DNA of 63,654 nt, the filler included, from Pelomyxa schiedti (Eukaryota; Protista; Evosea), in the NCBI GenBank assembly GCA_020536535.1. It is 10 parts of 10 records of this genome, joined end to end, with 100 filler letters (N's around TTAATTAATTAA, not from the genome) between each part and the next. Parts side by side here need not be neighbours in the genome. Positions count along the whole stretch, not along the records: positions 46,840 to 52,791 come from JAHLWZ010001461.1; positions 52,892 to 54,593 come from JAHLWZ010002323.1; positions 54,694 to 55,889 come from JAHLWZ010002713.1; positions 55,990 to 63,654 come from JAHLWZ010001345.1; 6 more parts are not named here. One strand, given 5' to 3'. The notes under the pieces are model-generated. The model had not been told where the DNA came from, searched no databases, and worked only from the letters and a program-made list of their open reading frames with translations. A program made the position numbers and the translations under genes. Shown here piece after piece: positions 49,056-60,610 of this stretch. The stretch's first letter is position 1; every line of letters starts with the position of its first letter.

Positions 49056-50745
49056 CTACAACTTGAGGGCATAAACTTTGACACTTGCAATGAAAGAGTT
49101 GATATCCATGGATCCCAAAACAGCAGACAGTTCAGCTGATCGTGATCCTTCCATAGAGTCAGAGAAAAGGGTTGTGTGTTGATAGAGAGATGTACCTTGG
49201 TCAGGAGTGATTGGGATTGCCGCGTTGCTGCTGCAGCCTCCTCCACCACAACAAGAGAACAATCCTCCACTTGTAGCTCCTGTGGGTGATAGTGTTGCTG
49301 TGGGTGCTGATGGTTTTGTGCAAGTGGGACTGCTTCCACAGCAAGAGAATAATCCGCCACTCGTGGCTCCTCCTCCGCAGGATGATGATGCTGTGGGGGT
49401 CACACTGCCGGTGCTGCCACAGCAAGAGATTCCACTGCTGCTGCCTCCTCCACCACAGGTGGTTGTGGTGGGTGTTGTCGATGATGATGAACAGCCGCAT
49501 GGGCTCCCCTGGCCCTGAAACGCCTTCTTCCAGACATTCAAGTCAGCCTATGTGTATTTGTGAAAAATGAGTGTGTTGAAGGGGAATGGTATACAGCACA
49601 TACTCCGGAATCAACCACCATGGAATTGGTGAATCCGCTGGCGTTGAGCTTGGCAAGATAATCATCAATGAGCATGGCACTGCCAACGCACGAGGCGATC
49701 ACTGCCAGATCTCCCCTCAGGCACTCTGGGAGTGGTTGCTTGAGTGCAACGTCGCTGATTGACAACCTCCCGCCTGGCTTCAGGATCCTGAATATTTCAC
49801 TCATGGCCTGTGGGTGGGTTGTAAGGCTGGATGGAATGTAATCGAGATTCTTATATATATATTATTATTTCTGATCGATAAGTACTATGCTGTGTTGAAT
49901 TTAAAATATTCTCTTTTTTTATAATATTCCAAATTTAAAAAGGCATTCAAATTGGCCGGGTCCGCACCCACATACCTTGAGTTTGTTCGGAACAAGGTTT
50001 ATCACACAGTTGCTGATCACAACATCCACAGAGTTGGACTCAATCGGCATGTTCTCGATTTCACCGAGCCTGAACTCAACGTTGGAAATCCCTTGTTGGA
50101 CAGCGTTGTTTTTCGCAAGCTCCACCATCGCCGCTGTGATATGATTATGATGATGCGTTATGGTACAATGGGGGTGAGTTCAACCAATTGGGTCAAAATG
50201 AGAAAAGGAAGAACAAGTGTGTTGGTTTGTTTGTCGGAAGAAATACATACGGGTCATGTCCAGGCCAATCACACGGCCAGTTGGTCCAACTTTCTTTGCC
50301 GCAAGGAAACAGTCAATTCCACCACCTGATCCCAAGTCCACAACAACTGAAGCACGAGGTTAGGTGATGCATGTGCAACTTATTTGTTTTATATTCTCAT
50401 GTTCAGTAAGTAACTTCTTAATCAAGAAGAATATTGGGCCATTTGCATACCTTCACCGGGCTTGATGTTTGCCACTGATGTTGGATTCCCACACGATGCA
50501 CCGAGATTTGCACCCCTTGGAATCGACTCAAGCTCCTCTACACTGTATCCAAATGCACGTGCGAGGCGTTCCCTGTCAGCTGCAGTTGCACGCAGTGACG
50601 TGGAAAGTGACAGGGATGACGTGGCAACCGGTGTGGCTGCGTCTCCACTGATGGCAGCACTTCCCTGCAGTGCCACTTGGGAGTAGGACTCCCGGACGTA
50701 TGCCTTGATGGTCTCAGCCTCCTCGCTGTTATTGCTGCTGCTCAT
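49056..50745 (-). CDS. arsM: Arsenite methyltransferase (ArsM/AS3MT family)
   Basis: [70 protein letters not shown] and ASVKVYALK across GT-AG introns. Confidence 0.92.
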
Positions 50746-51552
50746 TTGTTTTGTTTGGTGTTTCGTCTTTGTGTTTTTCTTTTATTCTCTATTACTGGGT
50801 TGTTTTGTTCATACGGGTTTAACTCATGGGAAGTTGTAATTATTGCGCAATAAGGCGTTGTTTTTACGTGCGACGGTTCACCATAAAAATTACCCGGTAA
50901 ATTTGACAAATCATGATGATCTGATCTGTTTCCTCTGGGGGAACACGAACTGGAGTCAATGGGGGGAGCTGTTGCGTGACGGCCACAGCACCACAAAAAT
51001 CGCTTCTCTTGTAGCAAGTGAACCGTCTCACCAGAGCCCAATGATTATGCAGTTCCGGTCCTTTGATTATTTATTTCAAAATTATTCCTTTTTCTTTGGA
51101 AGCGGTGCTGTCGTTCACAAGCTGCCCGCCCCCGGCGCGGGTACCAGGCCAACCACCACAACGACGAGCACAGCTCCACCGCCGCCACCCAGTGAGTAAG
51201 GATGGGGACGTGGACGTCGACTGCGTCGTGGTCGGGTCGCGCCGGGGCTGGTGATGGCGGCGCTGGTGGCGACGGGGCCGAGCCCGGCGACAACGAGGCG
51301 GCCGTGTGGCGGCGCTGGTGGCGGCGGCGCCCTGACGGTGCACCAGACCGATCTATGGTAATACACCGGCACCATGGGGAGAGGATGGGACCATTAGAAA
51401 CTGATGGCCCAGAGAGGTTTGGTTTGGTTTGGTTTGCTCGTGTGCTTGTTTTACCGGATTTTTTGTGTTTGGCCTTTACTTTTTTGCTTGTTTTTTTTTC
51501 GTACATACATGCTACTTTTCCTGTTATGTACCCGTCTAAATTATAGCAGGAA

Positions 51553-52791
51553 GATGGCCCTACTTGTGTATTCTACTTTGAGTGAGGATTTATTTGAAAT
51601 TCCTCTTTCCAGTTTGTTGAGAAACCCTTCTGATCCAAGCCAGCCTACTTTCCTTCTGGCTGACTGCACTGGCTTCAATCCTTCTGAGGAGGTGACAACA
51701 GGCAAGAAAGTTCACACAATGGACGCCCTCCATTTTGGATTTGCTGTGTGTCAATTCCTTTTTTTTTTTCACCCTCAAAACAAAGTTATGTGCATTTAAA
51801 TTGCTCAAATTTGACCTCACAAATGCCTTGGCAGACCTATTCTCTCATATTTGGGAGGCCTCTCATTCACAGAGTTCACCGTGAAAACACTGCAGGATTA
51901 TCATCAAATACAGGTTGAGGCTGAACTTCCCATCCCCAAAGTGACAGAAATAAATCGCCCATGCAACTCCGCAAATGGCACACACAATCACACAATTCAG
52001 CCTCCTTCATACTCCTCATTTACTCCTTGACACAGTACAAATGATGCTTGACACCTGGATGCGAACAAAAAACTGGGCACCAATCCAGGTGATACAACTT
52101 GCACGGTCCATAATGGAACAGAGACCAAGACTGTATTATTGGTTGCATGAAATCGCTGTTGCTCAATGATCAACACAACAGAATTGGATAGGGTCATTCC
52201 GCGGCTGAGAGAAAAGATTCAGCTTGATGTTGCAGCGGGTTTGCCACGCCTTCACAGCCAATCACCACCTGCTGTGCACAATGGTGTTCACCCAGGTTCC
52301 TTCTCTTCTTGTGAAATGAAGTCTCATTTTTTGAAAACCAGGTGGGATCCTTGTTTTCTCGTTGGATGAATCAGATCCCGGCCTGGTGGGAAAAGTTTTT
52401 CACCAACAAACCTTTTGTTGTAGCCTAACAAAAATGGATGTAAGTCTCTCTGAAAATACCAAGAACTTTGTCCTTGGAACAACAGGAATCCTGATGTGAG
52501 TTTCCACGCACCTGAGGTTCTCTGCAAGCGGATCAAGGCGCGGTCCTTCTTCAATCCTGGTGCTTTGGAGTCGTGATTCAGAAACATCAAAATTATGTTT
52601 CGCCCACCCCGAGTGGTTCATCAACCAAGCAACGTTGGGAGTGACCGACCCAATGTTTGGACCATCGAACCGCACACTGTTTTTAAGGAACAAATGTTGG
52701 CGTTTATGATGTCGTCGCACGCTCGGTGTGGCGCGAGCAGCGCGGCGTCTGCCCTCACATCCCACAATGCGCCCCTCGCGAGGTTGTGGGT
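51553..52791 (+). pseudogene. Degenerate gene with an unknown N-terminal domain followed by the HxRCG motif
   Basis: Several in-frame TGA stops and frameshifts, ending FKEQMLAFMMSSHARCGASS at the contig edge. Confidence 0.5.
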
Positions 52792-52924
52792 NNNNNNNNN
52801 NNNNNNNNNNNNNNNNNNNNNNNNNNNNNNNNNNNTTAATTAATTAANNNNNNNNNNNNNNNNNNNNNNNNNNNNNNNNNNNNNNNNNNNNGCCTATATC
52901 ATTATTGTGATATAGTGTTGAGAA

Positions 52925-54295
52925 TTAACAACTCCACACAGGTTCCAGGGTGAGATGACGACAGAGTGGAAATTTGAGAGTGAGGACACAGAACCCAGTG
53001 AATGGCTCAACAACCCTGAGGTGTGATCCATCTGTGCACAACAGGAACCCTGACTGTGCCCTCACTGTCAATGACTGATGCATCTGGTTATTGTTGTTGC
53101 CAGATTGGTGGTTCAGTGCTTCATCTGAACAATTGGAGTTGGTAATGATGACATTTGAGGGGTTGGTTGGGTCATTGCAATCACAAATCAACAAGTTGTT
53201 GCATGTTGCATCCCTGATGAGGAACACAGAGTCACTCACAGGGTCGAACCAAGCGTGTGGGGCAAGCGGTGTGACGCAGCCAGTCGTTTCTTCAACTGCA
53301 ACACCAGACAGTTTTCTTCCAGTGTTTGTGGCGATGTATTCTGAGCAGATGAAACAACGGGCACCACTTTTCTTCCTCATCACAAAGGTGGGTGTGAGAC
53401 CAAATAACAAGGGGATTGACCATGAGGTGATGCTGAGAACACACAGTGCACCATTTGAGTGGGTCTGCTCCACGTCGATTGCAATCACCCTGGTTGACAA
53501 CCTTGCGAACCTTGCTGTTCTGAGTACAAGAATCAACTCATCAAGCCTTTGCCCATCGAACCTGAGGGATGCACCTTCCAGTGTGTCACCATCAGCCATG
53601 ATGTCCAGTTGAACTTCACTGATCTTGTTCCTGGAATCACCAAAACGATGAACAAGAAGCACTTGCCCACCACCCAGTCCATAACCAAACAGCACCATCC
53701 ACTTTGAGTTGACTTCTCCACACAGCTTTCTGAACCACTCAGGCTCCTCACAAACGACCACGCCATCCTCCAGCCTCTGCTTCCAGTCTGATCCAGCACT
53801 ACACAGTCTCCACCTCTTCACCACCCTTGCTGGCGGTGGCCAGCTAACAGTAGGGGCACTCTCAACCTCCTCCACATCGTCAAATGTGCGCTCCAGGTAC
53901 CTCGTGTCATCCACCCACAAGTAACTGAGCACTGGTTCCCTGTCCTGTATCTCCCCCACGATGCTGAGCAGCAGAGGTGACACCCTCACGCACAAGCACC
54001 TCTCTGCAGTATCACCACATAAGTTCTCCCCATCAGCCACCTTAAACACAAAGCACCTGGCCGTCGACACCACCAGTTCCCACACCAACTTCGCCAAAAC
54101 GTGGCACTCTGTACCAAGTGTGGTGGTTTTTTCAGCTGTTGCATTTGCCAGCGGCGTCGTCACTGTGACGTCATCACCGCCACCACCTCCAACAAAACGA
54201 CTGGTGGTGGATGCCGACGCCAATGAGCCAACTTGGTCTCGGGCACGCAGGCCGTCGATTACAAAAAACTCCATCACTGTTGTTTCAAGTAACAA
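52925..54295 (-). CDS. HxRCG-family-related protein, intronless
   Basis: RARDQVGSLA..KLVWELVV..VSPLLLSI..ICDCND..RAQSGFL..LRVVEPFTG. A C-terminal remnant of another copy (ISVIEPLSG) lies upstream at 54394-54593. Confidence 0.75.
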   Translation of the reverse strand: MLLETTVMEFFVIDGLRARDQVGSLASASTTSRFVGGGGGDDVTVTTPLANATAEKTTTLGTECHVLAKLVWELVVSTARCFVFKVADGENLCGDTAERCLCVRVSPLLLSIVGEIQDREPVLSYLWVDDTRYLERTFDDVEEVESAPTVSWPPPARVVKRWRLCSAGSDWKQRLEDGVVVCEEPEWFRKLCGEVNSKWMVLFGYGLGGGQVLLVHRFGDSRNKISEVQLDIMADGDTLEGASLRFDGQRLDELILVLRTARFARLSTRVIAIDVEQTHSNGALCVLSITSWSIPLLFGLTPTFVMRKKSGARCFICSEYIATNTGRKLSGVAVEETTGCVTPLAPHAWFDPVSDSVFLIRDATCNNLLICDCNDPTNPSNVIITNSNCSDEALNHQSGNNNNQMHQSLTVRAQSGFLLCTDGSHLRVVEPFTGFCVLTLKFPLCRHLTLEPVWSC

Positions 54296-54693
54296 AAAAC
54301 ACTCACTTGTTGTTTGTTGTGGCCGTCGTAGTGCTACTTTTTAAAAAATTGATGATGGTTTCAACGCATTTGATTTGTAAATTGGTTTGGGTCTCATTCA
54401 GAAAACACTGGTGTCACAAGCACCTGCTCACAGAGTGGAAATTCAAGGGTGAGAACTTGGAACCCACTGAGCGGTTCAATCACTGAAATGTGTGACTGAC
54501 CACAACAGAAAAGAAACCCACACTGGGGTGACACTCGTGACCACACTTGCTCACATGGAAGCCTCTTGCTGGTGAGTTGCATTTTGGATGATGNNNNNNN
54601 NNNNNNNNNNNNNNNNNNNNNNNNNNNNNNNNNNNNNTTAATTAATTAANNNNNNNNNNNNNNNNNNNNNNNNNNNNNNNNNNNNNNNNNNNN

Positions 54694-55302
54694 AATGAGA
54701 ACCAGGTACTACTTAGTCTCTTTGAACCTTTGATTATTGTACTGGTGGACCTTGTTCAAACATGTGCATCAAACCACTTGGCGATTTTGAGCACAACTGT
54801 TCCTAAATTGGGGTATATGATCTATTACCCTCCAGCACATCGTGCTCGTTATTCTGTGTTGACCAAAAGTAATGGAACTCGGTCATTTGTCACTTCCACA
54901 TGGTTAACTTTGCTTACAATTGAGGAAGGAACTGGAGAGGTGCAACAACAACCTGAGGAAATTAGGGACCTGATTTCTCTCCAGGCAACAAATATTTATG
55001 CTGTTTCACAGCTGAACTCCTCTGTGTTCTGTACCTTTGGGCCACACAGTGACTCCTATGATGTACTGGATATAAACAAGAGGTCTCCACCACTGGGCAC
55101 GAGACCACTACTCCCTGGGTGCACTCCCGAGCATGCCTTTGTTGAAGGTGGCCTTCTGTTCCAAACGAGTGCATCCAACACAGAAATACACGTGACAGAA
55201 GAGTCCTCTGGTGTACACGTAGTCACCTTTCGGTTGTTCAAGCCCCTCCGAAGAGTTGCCCAGCATTTCTCTTATTCACTCAACACCCAACAACAGTACT
55301 AG
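54694..55302 (+). CDS. C-terminal part of an HxRCG-family-related protein
   Basis: VSQLNSSVFC..AFVEGGLLF..IHVTEESSGVHVVTF. Confidence 0.65.
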   Translation, partial: NENQVLLSLFEPLIIVLVDLVQTCASNHLAILSTTVPKLGYMIYYPPAHRARYSVLTKSNGTRSFVTSTWLTLLTIEEGTGEVQQQPEEIRDLISLQATNIYAVSQLNSSVFCTFGPHSDSYDVLDINKRSPPLGTRPLLPGCTPEHAFVEGGLLFQTSASNTEIHVTEESSGVHVVTFRLFKPLRRVAQHFSYSLNTQQQY

Positions 55303-55989
55303 ACTTTTCATCACCACCTTTCGTTCGCCTAACGGTTTGAACTGTGTGTGACAGTTTCGAAAAAACCGAACGGAACGAGAACGATGTCATCGGCCACGGC
55401 GGCAGCAACGGACTTGTGGGTTGGGTCGTGGGTTAATCAATGTGTTGTTGGGTGAGTATAACGTGTGACACAGCGACTATTTCATCAGAATTCGTATGGC
55501 GGGCACTACCGGCGTGGGAAAGAGTTGAGTACTCACTCGCCTCAATCTTTGGTTATTTTGTTTTGTTTTTTTTCCCCTTTTCTTTGTGGGACTGACTGGA
55601 GTGTGTGTGTCACATAGCGTCATTGCTTCTCCGGTTTGTAGTATGTGAGGCAAACTTGTTTATTATTACACTTACACTTTGAAGGAGGACGATTTCACCA
55701 CGACCCCCGTACAGTCTGGGTTGGATTTTGTGTGTATATTCTATCTACAAGAGCTCTTTTAGTGCAATTAATCAATTGCCCTCACAGCACTAATATTTAA
55801 AAAAACAAAAAGAAAGTCAGAACAGTGCAAGTGGAATCAAAGATAATTAAAACACAAATTGTGTGCCTTTCCCCTCTTTATTGTCTTCCNNNNNNNNNNN
55901 NNNNNNNNNNNNNNNNNNNNNNNNNNNNNNNNNTTAATTAATTAANNNNNNNNNNNNNNNNNNNNNNNNNNNNNNNNNNNNNNNNNNNN

Positions 55990-56255
55990 GACAGGCCTGA
56001 CTTTGACATTCTCACTGATGACACAGAGTGCCTGGACATATTTTTGAGCTGTGCCACACACGCTATGTGGCGGTAGCACCCTCGGCACATGATGTGCCCG
56101 CACGACGACGATGTTGTTGATGATGTGAAAGAGGAAGTGGCAACGTCTCCGAGAGATGACGACGACGTTGAATGTGGGATGTCATCATGATCGGAAGGAA
56201 ACAACACGGGGTCGGAAATGGGACACCCACACACGCTGCATGATGGGGTCGTCAT
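55990..56255 (-). CDS. RING-finger protein, N-terminal fragment
   Basis: CSVC...CGHIMCRGC (C3HC4-like, with a Ser-rich insert). Confidence 0.65.
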
Positions 56256-56354
56256 TCACTGAATTGATAGGGGAAGATTCTAATCAACAATTAAGCGCTT
56301 GCCAACCCAGTCAGGCCTTTGCCTGAAAACCAGGCTTTTCCAAAGGTTAAAATC

Positions 56355-59300
56355 TCAGGTTTTTCTCCCTTTCTTAGTGGTTTTTTGGGCTTTCTTTGAT
56401 GTGGCACTGACTTTTGGAGGGGCATTGTTCCGCTTTCTTTTTGGTGGTACTGGGGCATCATCAGTGTTTTCTTGTGACTTGTGTGTTCTTTTCTGCCCTG
56501 TTTCTTGTACTTCAGCACCTGGATGGTCCCTGCCACTCTCCTCTTCCCCATCGGAATCACTTACAGTGGGTGGAGATGCTTCCAAGGATTGTGAATTACC
56601 ACCTGTACATTTTGTTAACATAAGCTAAGAGTACCAACACAGATACTTGTTACAGTCTCATTGGCGGTCTCCAGTAGGTTACCAACACTGCTTTGTGGCA
56701 CTGGTGGGGGTGGCCCTTGTTGGAGTATGGGGGGTCTCTCCTTCCATGAAAGCAGAAGTACTAGTTGACAACGATCTGATAAGACAAGGTATTTGTTGTT
56801 GTTCAGTTATTGTTGGAAGTAATTGAGGTATAATGGGTTCTGGTGGTGGTAGTAACAGAGGGATGTTTGTTCAATCTGTGTTGATATTGATGTTTGGAGT
56901 GGAGGAGATGTTGGCAGAGAAGCTGTGGGTACATGTGCATCAAGTTCCTCTATCTGAATGCCACCTCCAGCAGTCAGCAGAGGTGGAGGTGGTACGGTTA
57001 CCCTGTAAGGAACCAGAGAGTTGGCTGTAGATGTTGGAGAGGTAAAATCTAGAACTCCTGACAGAAGTGTTTCATGTTGAACCCTCCTCATCTCAATTCA
57101 CTGCTCTGTCCGAAGTTGAGAGCAATTATGGAGAGCTGTTTCCCTGTCATGCATGGAGATTGTGCGATAAGAACTCGTCATCTTAAACCAACTGCTGTGG
57201 GAATGAAGATACCTGCCCCAACAGTGAAGGTGAACCTGCCTGATGTTAATCTTAAGCACAATTAAACCATAAAATACCTCGTGTGTCAGGGTCACTTTCA
57301 AGAACTGCCTCATGTTTGCATTCAAGGAAGTGTCAATACCCAAGTAGTACATATTGTCTCGAAGGGAAAGGGCACAAAGATTGAAACCAGAATCAAAACC
57401 GATCTGCAGCAGGTGGTGTGGCTTGTCCCCAACAATACTGTACAAACAGTGAATTATCTCAATGAATGAGTCCACAGAGAGACCAAGCATTGGTTCAATA
57501 TGAGAAGCGGCTGGAAGATATTGGATGAGCCTCTCATCAATATTCACTCTCATAGTGTTCCCCTTGAAGGCGTCATGGATGCCAGTGAAATGCTGTTGCA
57601 GACCATCACGGCAGTAGAACTGCATTAAGGCAACCAATGTACCCTTCTTCTTCCCTGGGCCAACAAAGGGGACTTTGATGCACTGTGGAGCCAGCAACAC
57701 AACATTTTGCTGCAAAAGGCATAACCCTGCAGCCGCTGTTCTGTGCAATTTAGGCCATTCTTCTTGTGTAGAAATCATCACAAACAGACCTGAATTGAAA
57801 TCAGAAAGAAATCAAAGGAATAGGCTCAAGCCATACATCCATTTGCGGTTAGCTGCTCCAACAGCCCACTTGATGTGAAGTTCTGTCCATGAAGAGAAGG
57901 TGACAGAAAACAAATATCAGCAGTCCATTTTTCCTTCTGTGCTGCCTCGACCAACTTCATTGTGTGGCATTCCTCCAATGTAAACACACATTGACTCAAA
58001 AATGTTTCTAAGGAAACAAGACCATCAGCATAATGCCGCTGGATTAAAACAAGTTAGAGCATAGTATGGAAATTGAGTGCATAGATACTTCTCCATAAAC
58101 CATGGCATTATAGTTCCAGGGAATATTCCTTTGCCAGTCTTCATTGTCTTTTGCCTGGTGAAGAAGTGAGACAAAAAAAGAGGCTGTGAGGAGAGGGAGT
58201 ACATCTTTAACTTCTTTTATGAGTGGGACAATTTTCGATTTATCTGTCACTGCACCATCCAAAACAGCAAACCCCACAATACCAAGCTGCCGATGTGTTG
58301 GTAACCCAGTGATACCACGTACATCCCCATCAAGTAAGCCAGCATCTATGACCTCCTTCAGCACTAACTCCTCAGATTGACTTGTCAAGTGTTTCGCTTC
58401 ACTAATACGAGAGTGCAGAGCTTCTATATTTGCAGAAGCTTGTGCAGTAGACATTTTCCCAGCATTGCTGCAGATTGAGCTGATACCAAGTGAATAATAT
58501 CAGGGAGATTGTGGGAGCAAACTCTAGATATGTGCGAATAAGCTCCCAAGGAAGCTGCCAGACTCTCATGTGGAAGTAAGTTTCATGTGTAAAGTTGTGC
58601 AAAGATTTTGTTGTATCAGCTCTGGTAGTGTGGTACCAAGACTGAAGTTGTTCAGTCATTCCCTCAGAGTGTTGTCGCCGTAAAATAGGAATGACATGAC
58701 GAATATTATTGGCCTTCCACCACTCATCAGTAGAAAGCTGGAGAAGGAGTGAATAGTGAATGGTTGAAGGCTACAGACCATTATAGCCTCGAGTTCTGCT
58801 GTAAGGGTTTCCACAGTCCACACCCCTTTCACATGTCCATGTTTTGGAGCAAAAAAATCTGGTGCCATGGAATTAATCATCACCAAACATTCCAGATTCC
58901 ATTCTGGGAATGAGCAGCTTAGTAGCTTCCGTGTGACAGTTTGTTTGAAGTGTGCAATATTGTAGTCATCTGTTGCAGTGTGATCTGATTTCAAAGTGGA
59001 ATAAGGCAGAGCTTCTACAACAACAAACTCAGGAATTGTTCTAAGGTAAATGAGATGAATGGGTAATAAAGAAGTTAATAACGCACTGCAGTGGGTCTGT
59101 CTCTGTGAATGGTTTGGCTTTCCTGTCTTCTTCTTCAATCTGAGCTTTGAGTGACTGTAGTGCAAATGTCTTCCGGCTCTCAATGGCTAGTGGGGGAGCC
59201 TGCACAAGGGATTGCAAAGCCGCCACACCTGAATTGGGTGGAAGAGGTTGCGATGGAGATGAACTTGTTGTTGTGGTAGTGCAGGTAGTTGAGGACCACT

Positions 59301-60320
59301 GGTTTCTCCTGCCCTGTATAACATGAACAAGTGCTTGCTCTGCAGTAGAGAGACGCTCAGGAAATGCTAGTCTCAGGTTGGCTATGTTGAAAAGTGAGGA
59401 TCTTACATATAAACCCAGATTTAAGCCCCCTTTTCTTCATACTTCTCTGGCCGGCGCCGGCCAACCAAAAACACCATTTATACAGGTGAAATTATAAAAA
59501 CAACAGGCACTCAACCATGGCAGTTCCAGCCGGCGCCGGCCGAAACATTTTTTGTTTTTCCCCCCCAAGTCGAAATTTAATGACAGAAAAGTGCGAACAC
59601 ACCTCCAGCATGGCACCTAGAGATCCTGTCATAGAAACCAGCAATGTCACTAGCCTTAAGAGTGATCAGATTTCTTCGCTCCACACTGTCTTGCCACTGC
59701 TGCACACTGATTCCCTGGAGGCATGCGCTCTCCGCACACAGTTTGACCCAGATCGAGGAGTCACTATGCCAGCCAAACTTCCGAATGTCTGCCTCACGAT
59801 CGGCAACTCGGCCGGCATCCAGATCCCGATCGTAATTACGAAAAACTAGTATTGATTGATGGTGTTATTGGCGATGCGGGTGCTCATTTTCACATCGAAG
59901 CACCATTATTTTTTGTTTTACCACCCACGGCACATGCATGTGGGGGATGCGCTTTGAGCTTTTGTGTTTTGTTTTCGGTTGTGCAGTGAGTTATGTGTTT
60001 GTTTTGAGGAGGAAACAAGCCTTGACACGTTTCCAAAATGCGGATTTTTGCAGTGAACACACATGACCCAATTGAGTTCAGCTCTGTTGGTGTGGCGCTG
60101 TGGAAGTATCGGTCTACAGTCACCCTCATCTGTTCGGTTTGTTGTGTTTCTACTTTTTGTTTCAGGGTTTCCTTCATTGTTTGCACAGCACTTTTTGTTG
60201 CCTCGGTACTGTGGAGAAATTAGTTCACAATGATGCGGAAACCAAAGATACATACAGGTTTGCCTTTTCCTTGTCTGTGCGTTTTTCCTTCTCTCTCTTT
60301 TGTGGGGTCCGCACATCACT
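56355..60320 (-). CDS. Transposon cargo gene (multi-exon) with a ParB-like N-region, a SAM-MTase-like segment and an NLS; one in-frame TGA
   Basis: Exons join in frame over GT-AG introns (e.g. 59602-59382). Motifs RDLDAGRVADREADIRKFGW..SIWV, LLQIGFDSG..YLGID and PPKRKR. The stop lies 10 bp inside the left TIR. TGA at 57098-57100. The start is uncertain. Confidence 0.65.
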
Positions 60321-60610
60321 ATCTAAGCGGCCTCACTCTTGTTTTTGGTTTCATCTTTCGTTTATGCTCCTTGCTTCTTGTTTTGTTTTTTTTTTTTTTG
60401 TTTCTTTTGTGTGCTGTTTTAGATTCTTGTCTGTTTCTTTGATGTTAACGCATTACCATAACTTTATTTGATAATGAAAAGTTGTACATTTCTACTGAAA
60501 TGGCCACATAAACTCTGTGGCATTTTCATGATAAAGACATCTTTACTGTGAATCGAGTTTTGATATTCCATTTCATTCATAACACTTTTTAAGTTTGCAT
60601 TCATTGAACA

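Noticed and set aside
51870-52580. Several in-frame TGA codons suggesting selenocysteine or stop-codon reassignment
   Set aside because: TGA terminates intact genes here (Rab, phosphatase, Tdp1-like), frameshifts co-occur, and a paralog comparison elsewhere shows CGA to TGA mutation.
58085-58110. VYGE in the cargo as a DOT1-type methyltransferase motif
   Set aside because: An intron follows immediately and the next exon lacks the DLGSG motif expected nearby.
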